Program-made: the position numbers and the translations under genes | Notes under the pieces: generated by a model | What the model saw: only the letters and a program-made list of their open reading frames with translations | The model's database searches: none | What the model was told of the DNA's origin: nothing | Assembly (NCBI GenBank): GCA_964016885.1 | Contig: OZ024752.1 | Coordinates: 41,664,001-41,728,000 of the forward strand | Direction: 5' to 3' | Length of the DNA: 64,000 bases | Origin: Eledone cirrhosa | Lineage: Eukaryota | Part shown: one piece after another, positions 1 through 11,234 of the stretch | Layout of the letters: each line of letters begins with the position of its first letter | How positions within the stretch are numbered: position 1 is the first letter of the stretch

Positions 1-50
1 TATGCTGGAAAGCATAATCCGACCCTCTACCGATACTGCAATCCACCGCC
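1..50 (-). mobile_element. 5' head of tRNA-derived SINE family A (truncated by window edge)
   Basis: Reverse complement of ggcggtggattggcagtatcggtagagggtcgga seen in many full copies. Confidence 0.8.
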
Positions 51-103
51 CCTACAAATATAGCTAATGATAACCTATTAAAAAGATTTTGTGTAAAACT
101 TAC

Positions 104-1074
104 CTCATCTTTCTGTGTATCTATAATGTCCTCCAAACATTGGTCATATTTACTGTCGTAATCATCCTCCGAGGATTCTGAATCTGACCAACTTCGGTCA
201 AACAATTCTTCAGGAGACAAAGAAATAATCCCTTGCTCATTAATACTAGAACCTTTCTCTCGGTTGATAGATTTAAATAAATCAGATTGGGCATCCAGGA
301 GACTAACGATTCCATTACGTGTATATCGTTTCGGTAATGAATTTGTGTTTTTGTGATTTTTATTAATGATCATTTCCTCATTTGCTAGAACCTTCTGTAA
401 ACTTGGAGAACAGGATTGAGACTGGGGTAATGTATTGGCACTTGATTCTCCTCCATCAGCACTCCACTTGTTTTGATTAATTTTTTCCACAAAGGCACGT
501 ACGTAGCCAACCGCCATTGTGGGGTTTGCAAGGTACTCATCTTTAAGTGGTACTGGCTTTTTGGCATTTTCTACTGGGGTGAAAGAGTTTGTGAGTTTCT
601 CAATGGTTTGAGAGATGTGTTTTGTACGATTTTGAGGTGAGGAAGGCATGGATTTGGACATCTGGCTTTCAGTAATGGCTTTGTCTTTCAGGATTTTCAC
701 TGGTGATGTGGTTTCTTTGTTCAGCTTCTGAAATTCACTGCATCTCTGCCGCACAATGCCAGAGAGCTTTGGTGATGTTGGTGTGGAACGTGAAGAATTC
801 CATCCAGAGAGTGGAGGAGAATTTGACTGAGGGGCTTCATAAAAGGGAATTTCTTCATAGATTGGGGAGTCGGGGCAACTTTCTGTACTGTTGTCTAAAC
901 GACACAGACAATTAGAGGAAGCACTTTCTACCTGTTCATTCTTTATTGCTTCTGTTGAACTGTCCTCAGCAGTGTTTCCAGAGATCACAACACCATTGAG
1001 TTTGTTGTGAGACTTGGTAAGTTTTGAGCCCACCCCTGTAATGAGGCGCTCCAAGAACTTCGGCTTGGCTGGTG
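104..1074 (-). CDS. Internal coding exon (971 bp, ~323 aa) of an unidentified host gene; Ser/Pro-rich, probably disordered region of a signalling or cytoskeletal protein
   Basis: Minus strand reads polypyrimidine tract + tttcag| at 1075 and GAG|gtaagt donor at 103. It is stop-free over 2+323x3 nt: xPAKPKFLERLITGVGSKLTKSHNKLNG...SPIYEEIPFYEAPQSNSPP...GYVRAFVEKINQNKW...EELFDRSWSDSESSEDDYDSKYDQCLEDIIDTQKDE. Phase 1 start, phase 0 end. Sequence complexity is high compared with the flanks. Confidence 0.88.
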
Positions 1075-1437
1075 CTGAAATTATAACAAAAAAAAAAACA
1101 GTTAAAATTAATTTAAATCTTTCATTTTTACATTTAAGAAAAAAAAAACAAAAAAAACAAAAAAAAAACAGCCTATAATTTTCAAATAATTTTGAAAGTA
1201 ATCAATGAAATTATAATAGAAAATAAAAAGTTAAAATTAATTTAGCCTTTCATTACAATATTTTTAACAAAAAACACAGCCTATGATTTTCAAATAATTT
1301 GGAAAATAATCCATAAAATTTTAACAAAATAGATATTTTTTTAATTAATTTAGTCCTTTTGTTACCATATTTCAAAGAAAAATATGCTACCTATGATTTT
1401 CAAATCATTTTGTGTCATCAAGAATTTTTTACTGTTT

Positions 1438-1625
1438 AGCACCCAATACTCACTGTAAATGAGGTTGGGTGTTAGGAAGGGCATTCAGCTGTAGAAAGCA
1501 AGCCAAAATCAGTTCTGTATGAGCAAGACATGGTTATCTGACCCGGCATTGCCCACAACAGGACAACCCGTCTAACCCATGCTAGCGTGGAAAATGGTTG
1601 TTAAACAATGATGATGACGTTGATG
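1438..1625 (+). mobile_element. SINE family C 3' part (RTE-type tail)
   Basis: gttaggaagggcattcagctgtagaaa...cccgtctaacccatgctagcgtgg...(tga)n, shared with 35450-35830, 40690-40975 and 43625-43998. Confidence 0.7.
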
Positions 1626-1869
1626 AGTTAAGAAAAGAAGGGCAGTAGCCATGACTCTTTTCAGGGTCTCTGAGACTGGTTGGAGAGAAGGAGGAAGGTA
1701 TTCACAAACTGGAGACCTGGTATGATTGTTTGCAACAGAATATAGAGTAGACTCTGTCAAAATCAGCCAACTACCACACGAAACCATATTAGCAAGACAT
1801 TCTTGAAAAGTACAAATAGCACTACAAATAGCACACATTAAACCTTTAGCATTCACATTATTTTATATA

Positions 1870-2052
1870 TGGATTGGCAGTATCGGTAGAGGGTCGGATG
1901 CCATGCTTTCCAGCATAGTTACGTCCCTTTACGATCTGAGTTCAAATCCCGCCGAGGTTGACTTTGCCTTTCATCCTTACGGGGTCGATAAAATAAAGTA
2001 CCAGTAATGAACTGGGTAATTGCTGGCCTTGTGCCTAAAGTAGAAACAATTA
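1870..2052 (+). mobile_element. tRNA-derived SINE family A (Meta-SINE-like core)
   Basis: A-box tggcagtatcgg, B-box gagttcaaatcc, core gcctttcatccttacggggtcgataaaataaagtaccag, tail ctggccttgtgcctaaagtagaaacaatt. More than 20 copies or fragments in the window. Confidence 0.85.
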
Positions 2053-2275
2053 TTTTATAGATCCCGTCTAACCCATGCTAGCGTGGAAGAACGGACGTAA
2101 AACGGTGATGATGATGATGATATACTATTATATTTTAATGGTAAAGGCTTTACCTCACATTAAACATTAAAGTTTTTAGTTTACTGCAAATCTTTGCAAC
2201 AATCTCTCCACTAGTAAAGACACTATAAACATTTGAACTAACTAAAGATACTTGCTGCAAAATCATTACAGGATT

Positions 2276-2788
2276 TTAACCCTTTAGCATTTACATTACA
2301 GTTACCGAGTGGTACCCGCGCGAGCGGAAACGACCACTCGGAAGGCCTCCACAAAGGTGGAGTTACGATTTTAGGAATACAATTGGGACTACATGGATGA
2401 GGAAAGCACGATCCAGAGAGGAATGGAAGGCGTGCTGTGACCAGCGGTGCCGAATGAACGCCCGACAGACTGGTCGATCAAGGTGATCAAGGTGATATAT
2501 ACTATTATAATTTTGTGGTAAAGGTTTTACCTCACACAATTATCTCACATAATATCGAATTTATGAGATTTTGATATCATTTATATTGAGAACAATACCT
2601 TAACATCAATATGAGCAGTCAGTTACAGCTGGTTTGAATAGAAAGAGGTAAGAGAATTCTAGCCGGATATGGCCAGTTTAAATGCTAAAGGGTTAATGTC
2701 AGTATGAGTGGCCAGTTACAGCCGGTTTGAACAGAAAGTGGTGAGAGATTTCTGGCTGGATATGGCCATTTTAAATGCTAAAGGGTTA
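2276..2788 (+). mobile_element. TTAA-flanked piggyBac-like MITE with nested RTE fragment and duplicated 3' end
   Basis: TIRs ttaa|ccctttagcattt ... aaatgctaaaggg|ttaa. Related copies at 8091-9381, 27380-27753 and 48629-48948. Confidence 0.75.
2301..2496 (+). mobile_element. 5'-truncated RTE-clade LINE 3' end
   Basis: Translates VTEWYPRERKRPLGRPPQRWSYDFRNTIGTTWMRKARSREEWKACC...GRSR* (RTE C-terminal GRPPxRW...W motif), followed by a (tcaaggtga)2 tail. Confidence 0.8.
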
Positions 2789-2959
2789 AAAGTTAAGTAT
2801 ATAACTCAGAGTACAGGGTGCCAGAACAAATATTCAAAAGAACACAGTATTATATTAGACATAGCCCCTAAATATACATGATAATGGGGTTATCTATAAA
2901 GTATTGTACCAAGTGAGGGGAGGTAGGGAAATAAAGTTCATATTAAGTTAACATTAAGA

Positions 2960-3600
2960 AGAACAACAAATTAAGACCACACCACCACCAACAACAACTA
3001 CACCACCACCACCACCACCACCAACAACAATTACACCACCACCTACAACGAAAACAAAAACTACACCACCAACAACAACAATAACCAAAACTACACCAAC
3101 AACAATCACACCACCAACAAGAAAAACTACACCAACAACAAAAACTACACCAACGACAACAACAACAAAACTTCACCACTAACAACAACAAAAACTACAC
3201 CAACAAAAACTACACCAACAACAACAACAACAAAACTTCACCACCAACAACAACAAAAACTACACCAACAACAACAAAAACTACACCAACGACAACAACA
3301 ACAAAACTTCACCCCCAACAACAACAAAAACTACACCAACAACAACAAAAATTACACCGACAACAACAAAACTTCACCACCAACAACAACAAAAACTACA
3401 CCAACAACAACAAACCTACACCACCAACAACAACAACAACAAAACTTCACTACCAACAACAACAAAAACTACAACTACACCACCACCAACAACAAAAACT
3501 ACAACTACACCACCACCAACAACAAAAACTACAACTACACCACCACCAACAACAAAAACTACAACTACACCACCACCAACAACAAAAACAGCAACAAATT
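2960..3600. repeat. (CAA/CAC)n compound microsatellite/minisatellite
   Basis: Direct inspection. Confidence 0.9.
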
Positions 3601-3888
3601 ATGACCACATTATAACAACAACTAAATGACTAAATTTGTTGGAGCAAAAAAACAACCTACTCCACCCTTGAAGGAGAGAAGAGAGAAAAAGAGAGGGAAT
3701 TAACTGGATTACCTTAACCCTACCCTACCACCACCACCCTCCACTTTACCAGTCAACAACTTTCAGTTTTATTTAAAATGCAATAATTATGATTTTGACA
3801 ACCTTATAAAGGTGGAAGTGAGGGTGTCATGGGTGGTGTCTTTCATAACAGACAATTTATCTTTTAAGTAGAGTAAACATTATTTATA

Positions 3889-4073
3889 TGTGGATTGGCA
3901 GTGTCGGTAGAGGGTCGGACGCCATGCTTTGACGTATAGAGTTACGGCCCTTGCCATTCTGAGTTCAAATCCCGCCGAGGTTAAACTTTGCCTTTCATCC
4001 TTACGGGGTCGATAAAATAAAGTACCAGTAATGCACTGGGTAATTGCTGGCCTTGTGCCTAAAGTAGAAACAA

Positions 4074-4075
<2 letters not shown>
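3889..4075 (+). mobile_element. SINE family A
   Basis: Near-identical to 1870-2052. Confidence 0.85.
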
Positions 4076-4111
<36 letters not shown>

Positions 4112-4141
4112 AGATCAAAAGATGGTTAAATGAGTTCCATG

Positions 4142-4212
4142 TATTTTATTATGCGCATTTCAAAAACAAATATCATCATGCAATAACATTTGTGTTTTCA
4201 TCAGATAAAATA
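4142..4212 (-). ncRNA. Minimal type I hammerhead ribozyme (family H1)
   Basis: Minus strand: tattttat-CTGATGA-[aaacacaaatgttat..atgatgatatttgttttt]-GAAA-t(gcgc)a-TA-ataaaata. Stem I is an 8-bp perfect pairing. Second copy at 39907-39977. Confidence 0.8.
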
Positions 4213-4269
4213 TGAGGACATGATATGAAGGTTAAAAACACTTGTGGATAGTGCAGTTTTAAATCAACA

Positions 4270-4303
<34 letters not shown>

Positions 4304-4317
4304 TTTTTTTATATATA

Positions 4318-4970
4318 TAAACGAACTAAGGAAAAAATTAGAGATAAGAGGGATCAGATGTTGTTTACTCGAGAGAAGGCTACGTTGGTATGGACACGTG
4401 ATGCGCATGAAAGTCGATAGCTGTATAACAAAGTGCAGGGCAATAAAGATAGACGGTAGCCACAGAATAGGCAGACCTAGAAAAACCTGGGACGAGCTGA
4501 TAAACTCCGACCTCACACACTTACACCTCTCCAAGACAATGTCACTGGACCGAGACCTTTGGCGGTACTCAGTAACAGAGAAGACCCGCCTTGCCAGTAG
4601 GCATCTCTAACAAAATACACCCCGTCCCGCCACCACCCCCACCCCATCCACACCACCCCGTTCTATGTAAAGTTATGTTGGTGCCGCGCCATCCAGGCCG
4701 AAACAAATGAGATCGTGTAGGTGTCACGACAAAAAAAAACACACAGTCCACGCTGTAATGTGGCCGTGTAGGCAACACGGTAAAAACCTCCCAGCCCCAC
4801 ACTGTAAATGTGGTTGGTGTTAGGAAGGGCATCCAACTGTAGAAAACCTGCCAGACAGTCCTATACGAGCAAGACAATCACTCTTGCCTCAAGTGGGACT
4901 ACCCCCGTCCAAACCCATGCAAGCGTGGAACACGGACGTTAAACGTTGATGATGATGATGATGATGATGA
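4318..4970 (+). mobile_element. RTE-like LINE 3' fragment (RT C-terminus + 3' UTR), family L1
   Basis: ...ERRLRWYGHVMRM...GRPRKTWDELI...DRDLWR... followed by a UTR ending cccatgcaagcgtgg..ggacgttaaacg(tga)n. Copies at 51470-52170 and 58395-58808. Confidence 0.85.
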
Positions 4971-5101
4971 TAAGCAAAGGGATATTTAATTTGTTGGTAA
5001 TTCAACAAATATATTTATAACAGATTTGAAGCACTCCACAAGTTTTCTGGAGTATAATATATACAATGATATTAATAATTGGAAACTATATTTATAAAAC
5101 C

Positions 5102-5365
5102 ATATTTATTCTATTATATATATTTCAAGGGTACCAAAACTTTGGTACGCTCTCATCAGATAAAATGCAAAGCTTGTTTTATAAATATTGACATATCCAG
5201 GAACGAGACCTTAACGTTTCAAGTTCACTATCCAGGAAAAACTTGAACTGTTAAGATCTCATTCCTGGATATGTCAATATTTATAAAACAAGCTTTGTAT
5301 TTTATCTGATGAGAGCATACCAAAGTTTTGGTACCCTTGAAATATATATAATAGAATAAATATAG
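5102..5365. mobile_element. Fold-back Penelope-like terminus carrying hammerheads on both strands (family H2)
   Basis: ~125-bp inverted arms. Plus arm 5298-5358: tattttat-CTGATGA-gagcataccaaagttttggtaccctt-GAAA-t(atat)a-TA-atagaata. Mirror motif at 5107-5167. Confidence 0.8.
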
Positions 5366-5436
5366 TTAGAATAGAATAAATATGGTATTTCAAGGGTACC
5401 AAAACTTTGATAATTATATATATATATATATATATA

Positions 5437-5778
5437 TCATCATTCATCATTTCATTTTACGTCCGCTTTTCCCTGCTTGCAAGGGTGGGACGGGAACTGA
5501 TTCTGGCTTGATTGCTACAGCTGGATGCCCTTCCTAACACCAACCTCATTTACAGTGAGTGCTGGGTGCTTTTTTGCCGTGGCACCTACACGACCACTTT
5601 GCAGTGGAATGATAGGGACTGGGGTCCCTATCATCTCATTTCTACAGCTGAGTAAACTGGAGCAATGTGAAATAAAGTGTCTTGCTCAAGGAAACAACAC
5701 ATCACCTGGTCTGAGAATTGAACTCACAACCTTTCGATTGCAAGGCCAATGCTCTAACCACTAAGCCATGTGCCTCCA
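5437..5778 (-). mobile_element. tRNA-derived SINE family B (CORE-like central domain, RTE-derived tail)
   Basis: A-box tggcttagtgg, B-box gagttcaattc, CORE-like tccttgagcaagacacttt...cagctgtagaaatgag, tail cccttgcaagcagggaaaagcggacgtaaaa(tga)n. Confidence 0.85.
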
Positions 5779-5969
5779 TATATATATATATATATGGGAT
5801 AACAAAATATCATTATAGGTAATCCAGTTAGAGGTTGTGAATACTCCGTATTGTGGATAGTTTTAGAGTAGTTCAGCAATTTTTAGATAACTTAATCAGT
5901 GAAACAATTGTTAAATACTGTAAATAAAACCCTTTTTTGTACTGTTGAACATGTTATTCTTCAATCTTT

Positions 5970-6034
<65 letters not shown>

Positions 6035-6035
<1 letters not shown>

Positions 6036-6380
6036 GATTATTTCTGAAGACGGCGTATATGTGTGTTTGGTATGTATATTTAATCTTGATAGTTTGTATA
6101 ATTTTGTATAATTTTGTACATAGATCTGTTGAATATGCATGCCAATTCTAACACATATATATCCTAGAAACGATCGTTAAATAATGAACTTTTTTTGTTT
6201 AATATAAGGAACTGTTTCATTGTTTTATTCATTATTTTTTTAATATTTTATCTTGACTCTGTATTCCGTTTATCTTTCACCGAAAGTGATTTTTCATTAC
6301 ATCTCTTCTTTCCATGATATCCGGAATACATTGAGTTCTTCATACGGATTGGACACTACCGTAAACTCTTGGTAGATTTA

Positions 6381-6382
<2 letters not shown>
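6035..6382 (+). mobile_element. Penelope-like terminus with long-stem-II hammerhead (family H3)
   Basis: attattt-CTGAAGA(6044)-~116 nt hairpin-GAAA(6167)-c(gatc)g-TT-aaataat. Flanked by (TA)n on both sides. Homologous to 61126-61650. Confidence 0.75.
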
Positions 6383-6413
<31 letters not shown>

Positions 6414-6631
6414 GGAGTGTAACTTGGAGTTGCTGTAGGTTCACCCGGGAGAGCACTCAATGTTTAGGTTCACTTCTGTGTTGAGGTGTAGAGCTAGACA
6501 GAGTGTATTATAGTAAAAATCGCGCCGAGGTTAACTTTGCCTTTCATCCTTACGGGGGTCGATAAAATAAAGTACCAGTAATACACATGGGATAATTGCT
6601 GGCCTCGTGCCAAAAAGAAGAAACAATTATA

Positions 6632-6840
6632 ATAAAATAAAATAAAACAAGGACGATTGGTTACTCCTTCATTACATTTATTGGTTGGATTACCATTGTA
6701 AGGGGTCTGATGAGCTGTGGCTTACAGAGTCGGGCTAGATCGAGACAGATCGAACCTTCAGCTGATCAGTGGCGAAACGCGCGTCACCAACCAATAAACG
6801 TAATGAAAGAGTAACCAATTGTCCTTGTTTTATTTTATTT
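6632..6840 (+). mobile_element. Fold-back element with hammerhead (family H4)
   Basis: ~55-bp inverted arms enclose ggt-CTGATGA(6707)-gct...ggc-GAAA-c(gcgc)g-TC-acc. Confidence 0.75.
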
Positions 6841-6855
6841 GACTATATATATAAG

Positions 6856-7320
6856 AAGGCACATGGCTTAGTGGTTAGAGCATTGGCCTTGCAATCGAAA
6901 GGTTGTGAGTTCAATTCTCAGACCAGGTGATGTGTTGTTTCCTTGAGCAAGACACTTTATTTCACATTGCTCCAGTTTACTCAACTGTAGAAATGAGATG
7001 ATAGGGACTGGGGTCCCTATCATTCCACTGCAAAGTGGTCGTGGAGGTGCCACGGAAAAAAAAGCACCCAGCACTCACTGTAAATGAGGTTGGTGTTAGG
7101 AAGGGCATCCAGCTGTAGAAATGAGATGATAGGGACTGGGGTCCTTATCATTCCACTCCAAAGTGGTCGTGGAGGTGCCACGGCAAAAAAGCACCCAGCA
7201 CTCACTGTAAATGAGGTTGGTGTTAGGACGGGCATCCAGCTGTAGAAATCAAGCCAGAATCAGTTCCCGTCCCACCCTTGCAAGCAGGGAAAAGCGGACG
7301 TAAAATGAAATGATGATGAT
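6856..7320 (+). mobile_element. SINE family B with internal duplication
   Basis: Full head plus two copies of the central module. Confidence 0.85.
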
Positions 7321-7673
7321 ATATACACACAGAAGACCTGACTTCCCACGGGTACAAGCCGAAGCTGAAGCATATAGACAATATGCCCTTTATCATCAGG
7401 GACAGAACAGAACACTTAATGCTAATGAAACTGGATTAAACTCCAGCCTGTTTAGCCCCCAGGCTTGGGACAGACCTTTTTTGTTTGTTTGTTTGTTTCT
7501 GTAGCCCTAGGAATACATTATCTCATGTGTCCTGCCTTCATTTAGATGATGGGGTATGATTTGGCTGATAATTTTCTGGCAAGTTGAGCAGACATTTTCT
7601 AATATTGGTTCATCATGCACAAAAATTGGTAAGGAATGGTGTGTGTATGTATATATATATATGTATGTGTGCA

Positions 7674-7735
<62 letters not shown>

Positions 7736-8090
7736 ATATACATATATATACATATATATATACATATATATATACACACACACACACAGTCATACATATA
7801 TACATACATAACTTAATTCCAAATATATTTCCTATGCCCTAAGGATATGTTTTAGGGTTGAGGGCCTTAGCTGTGATTTTTACAGTATTTAACACAAGTA
7901 ATGATAGATGTTTATTTACAGAGGCAGCAGAGAAGGAGGGGACACACACACATCTCTATTGCTTTCACATTCCTTGAAATCATAATGGAATGGAATGGAT
8001 GTCTGTCAGTTCTCACAACAATTGTTCCATGTTGTTCCATCAATGGGACAGCCTGCTTGTGAAATTAATGTGCAAGTGGCTGATCCTTCT

Positions 8091-9381
8091 TTAACCCGTT
8101 AGCATTTACATTACTCTATATTTACTATTGTATTTTCACTGTAAAGGCTTTACCTCACATAATTATCTCACATAGCATTTACATCACCTTATATTTACTA
8201 TTGTATTTTCACTGTAAAGGCTTTACCTCACATAGCATTTACATTACCTTATATTTACTATTGTATTTTCACTGTAAAGGCTTTACCTCACATAATTATC
8301 TCACATAGCATTTACATCACCTTATATTTACTATTGTATTTTCACTGTAAAGGCTTTACCTCACATAATTATCTCACAAAATATCTCGTAGCATTTACAT
8401 TACCCTATATATTTTCATGGTAAAGGCATTATCTCACATAATTATTGTTTCTACTTTAGGCACAAGGCCAGCAATTACCCAGTGCGTTACTGGTACTTTA
8501 TTTTATCGACCCCGTAAGGATGAAAGGCAAAGTCAACCTCGGCGGGATTTGAACTCAGATCGTAAAGGGATGTAACTATGCTGGAAAGCATGGCGTCCGA
8601 CCCTCTACCGATACTGATTATATCACATAATTATATCACATAATATCTCACATAACATTTACATTACATTACTCTATATATACTATTGTATATTCACTGT
8701 AAAGGCTTTACCTCACATAATATCTCCCACAGCATTTAAATTACCTTATATTTACTATTGTATTTTCATGGTAAAGGCTTTCATCATCATTTCATCATCA
8801 TTTTACGTCCACTTTTCCCTGTTTGCAAGGGTGGGACGGGAACAGATTCTGGCTTGATTTCTACAGCTGGATGCCCTTCCTAACACCAACCTCTTTACAG
8901 TGAGTGCTGGGTGCTTTTTTACCGTGGCACCTCCACGACCACTTTGCAGTGGAATGATAGGGACCCCAATCCCTATCATCTCATTTCTACAGCTGAGTAA
9001 ACTGGAGCAATGTGAAATAAAGTGTCTTGCTCAAGGAAACAACACATCACCCGGTCTGAGAATTGAACTCACAACCTTTTGATTGCAAGGCCAATGCACT
9101 AACCACTAATCCATGTGCCTCCATTTACCTCACATAATTATATCACATAATATCTCACACAGCATTCACATTACTCTATATATATACTATTGTATTTTTG
9201 TGGTAAAGGCTTTACCTCACATAAGTATCTCACATAATATCGAATCTATCAGATTTTGATATTATTTATTTTGAGAACAATACCTTAACATCAGTATGAG
9301 CGGTCAGTTGTGACTGGTTTCAACAGAAAGAGGTGAGCGAATTCTGGCCGAATATGGCTGGTTTAAATGCTAAAGGGTTAA
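8091..9381 (+). mobile_element. TTAA MITE with internal tandem repeats and nested SINE A (8443-8617, -) and SINE B (8782-9123, -)
   Basis: TIR ttaacccgttagcattt ... aaatgctaaagggttaa. The internal unit gcatttacattacc...aaaggctttacctcacata is repeated. Confidence 0.7.
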
Positions 9382-9384
9382 CAT

Positions 9385-9730
9385 AATTCTGAATTACAGG
9401 TACAGTCCATTTTGTATTTTAGTGAAAGTGGCTGAGTATTCCACAGGCATGTGTACTCTTAATATAATTCTCAAGGAGATTCAGCATGACACAGTGCATG
9501 ACGAGGCTGGAAATTTGAATTACAAGTACAGTCCATTGTGAATTTTAGTGCAAGTGGCTGAGCATTCTTCAGACAAGTGTACCCTTAACACAATTCTCAG
9601 GGAGATTCAGCATGAATCCTATTGTGTCACAGTACAGTCTATATCATAGTATAGTTTAAGTGGTTGAATATTCCACAGATACATGTATACTGAAGATTAT
9701 TCTCAGGGAGATTCAGTGTCACATAGTGCA
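9385..9730 (+). repeat. Three degenerate tandem copies of an older SINE-like module
   Basis: Repeated aagtggctgag(t/c)att...gtgtac(c/t)cttaa...ttctcagggagattcag...acag. Confidence 0.5.
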
Positions 9731-9759
9731 TAACTTAATTCGTAAAACAATGACGACAA

Positions 9760-10202
9760 TATATATATGTGTGAGTGTGTGCGTGTGTGTGTGCGTGTGT
9801 GTGCATGTGTGTGTGTGTGCATGTGTGTGAGTGAGTTTGTGGCAACATTGCATAACATATAAGACTGTGTGCATGCTTGCATGTATGGATAGTTGAACGG
9901 AATACAGACACACACATACACACACACACATATATATATATACACACACACATACATACACACACACATATATATATACACACACACATATATACACACA
10001 CACACACACATATATATACACACACATATATATATATATATACACACACACATATATACACACACACACATATATATACACACACATATATACACACACA
10101 CCATTACATATACAAACACACACACATATATGTATACACACACATATATATACACACACACCATTACATATACAAACACACACACATATATGTATATATA
10201 CT

Positions 10203-10248
<46 letters not shown>

Positions 10249-10305
10249 TATATATATATATACACATATATACACACACACACATATATATATATACACA
10301 CACAC

Positions 10306-10352
<47 letters not shown>

Positions 10353-10410
10353 CTCACACACACACACATATATATATACTCACACACACACACACACACA
10401 TATATATATT
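9760..10410. repeat. (CA)/(TA) compound microsatellite
   Basis: Direct inspection. Confidence 0.9.
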
Positions 10411-10503
10411 AACCATTATCATCATAATTATTTCCATTTTTAAAATAAAATAATATTAAATTAAACTAAACCAGGGACGATCATCATCATCATCATCATC
10501 ATC

Positions 10504-10992
10504 CTTTGCCTTTCATCCTTACGGGGTCGATAAAATAAAGTACCAGTAATACACTGAGATAATTGCTGGCCTTGTGCCATAAATAGAAACAACATCCGTA
10601 CGGGGTCGATAAAATAAAGTACCAGTAATACACTGGGATAATTGCTGGCCTTGTGCCACAAATAGAAACAACATCCTTTACAGGGTCGATAAAATAAAGT
10701 ACCAGTAATGCACTGAGGTAATTGCTGGCCTTGTGCCATAAATAGAAACAACATCCTTACGGGGTCGATAAAATAAAGTACCAGTAATACACTGAGGTAA
10801 TTGCTGGCCTTGTGCCATAAATAGAAACAACAACCTTACGGGGTCGATAAAATAAAGTACCAGTAATACACTGGGATAATTGCTGGCCTTGTGCCATAAA
10901 TAGAAACAACATCGTTACAGGGTCGATAAAATAAAGTACCAGTAATACACTGGGATAATTGCTGGCCTTGTGCCACAAATAGAAACAATTAT
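10504..10992 (+). repeat. Tandem array of six ~79-bp SINE A 3' modules
   Basis: ggggtcgataaaataaagtaccag recurs at about 10523, 10602, 10682, 10761, 10840 and 10919. Confidence 0.85.
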
Positions 10993-11015
10993 TATTATGA
11001 AAGATCCATACTCAC

Positions 11016-11043
11016 TGAAGATATGTATTTGTGTTTCCATTGC
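11016..11043 (-). CDS. Candidate 28-nt micro-exon (AMETQIHIF-T) upstream of the 971-bp exon
   Basis: Minus strand: branch-point-like cactaac, ttccag| acceptor, GCAATGGAAACACAAATACATATCTTCA, |gtgagt donor. It ends in phase 1, giving A|CA CCA GCC AAG (T-P-A-K) in frame with exon 104-1074. Confidence 0.5.
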
Positions 11044-11095
11044 CTGGAATTCCACAGTGTTGTTAGTGAAATAAGTTCATATATATATATAGAGA

Positions 11096-11234
11096 GAGAT
11101 TCCTGATGATTTCTAAAGAATGAAACAGTTCTAGTCCTGTAGAATCTCATCTATATTAACACTTTTATACTCTGCAATGTATTGAGTACCTTACTTACTG
11201 TGGTTACCTCCGATTCAACCCGGAATAACGTACC
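11096..11234 (+). mobile_element. Short element beginning with a type I hammerhead (family H5)
   Basis: gagattc-CTGATGA-tttctaaagaat-GAAA-cag(ttctagtc)ctg-TA-gaatctc, then a conserved ~85-bp tail ending in cggaataacg. Confidence 0.8.

Noticed and set aside
121-915. Track ORFs 121-315, 385-567 and 703-915
   Set aside because: Off-frame or antisense shadows of the real exon 104-1074.
5525-5764. Recurrent ORF MPFLTPTSFTVSAGCFF...EQCEIKCLAQGNNTSPG (also 8900, 28328, 39191, 45384)
   Set aside because: Antisense translation of SINE B, not a gene family.
10504-10992. CRISPR-like periodic arrays (also 24290 and 54388)
   Set aside because: No unique spacers, no cas genes, eukaryotic context; the units are SINE/LINE pieces.
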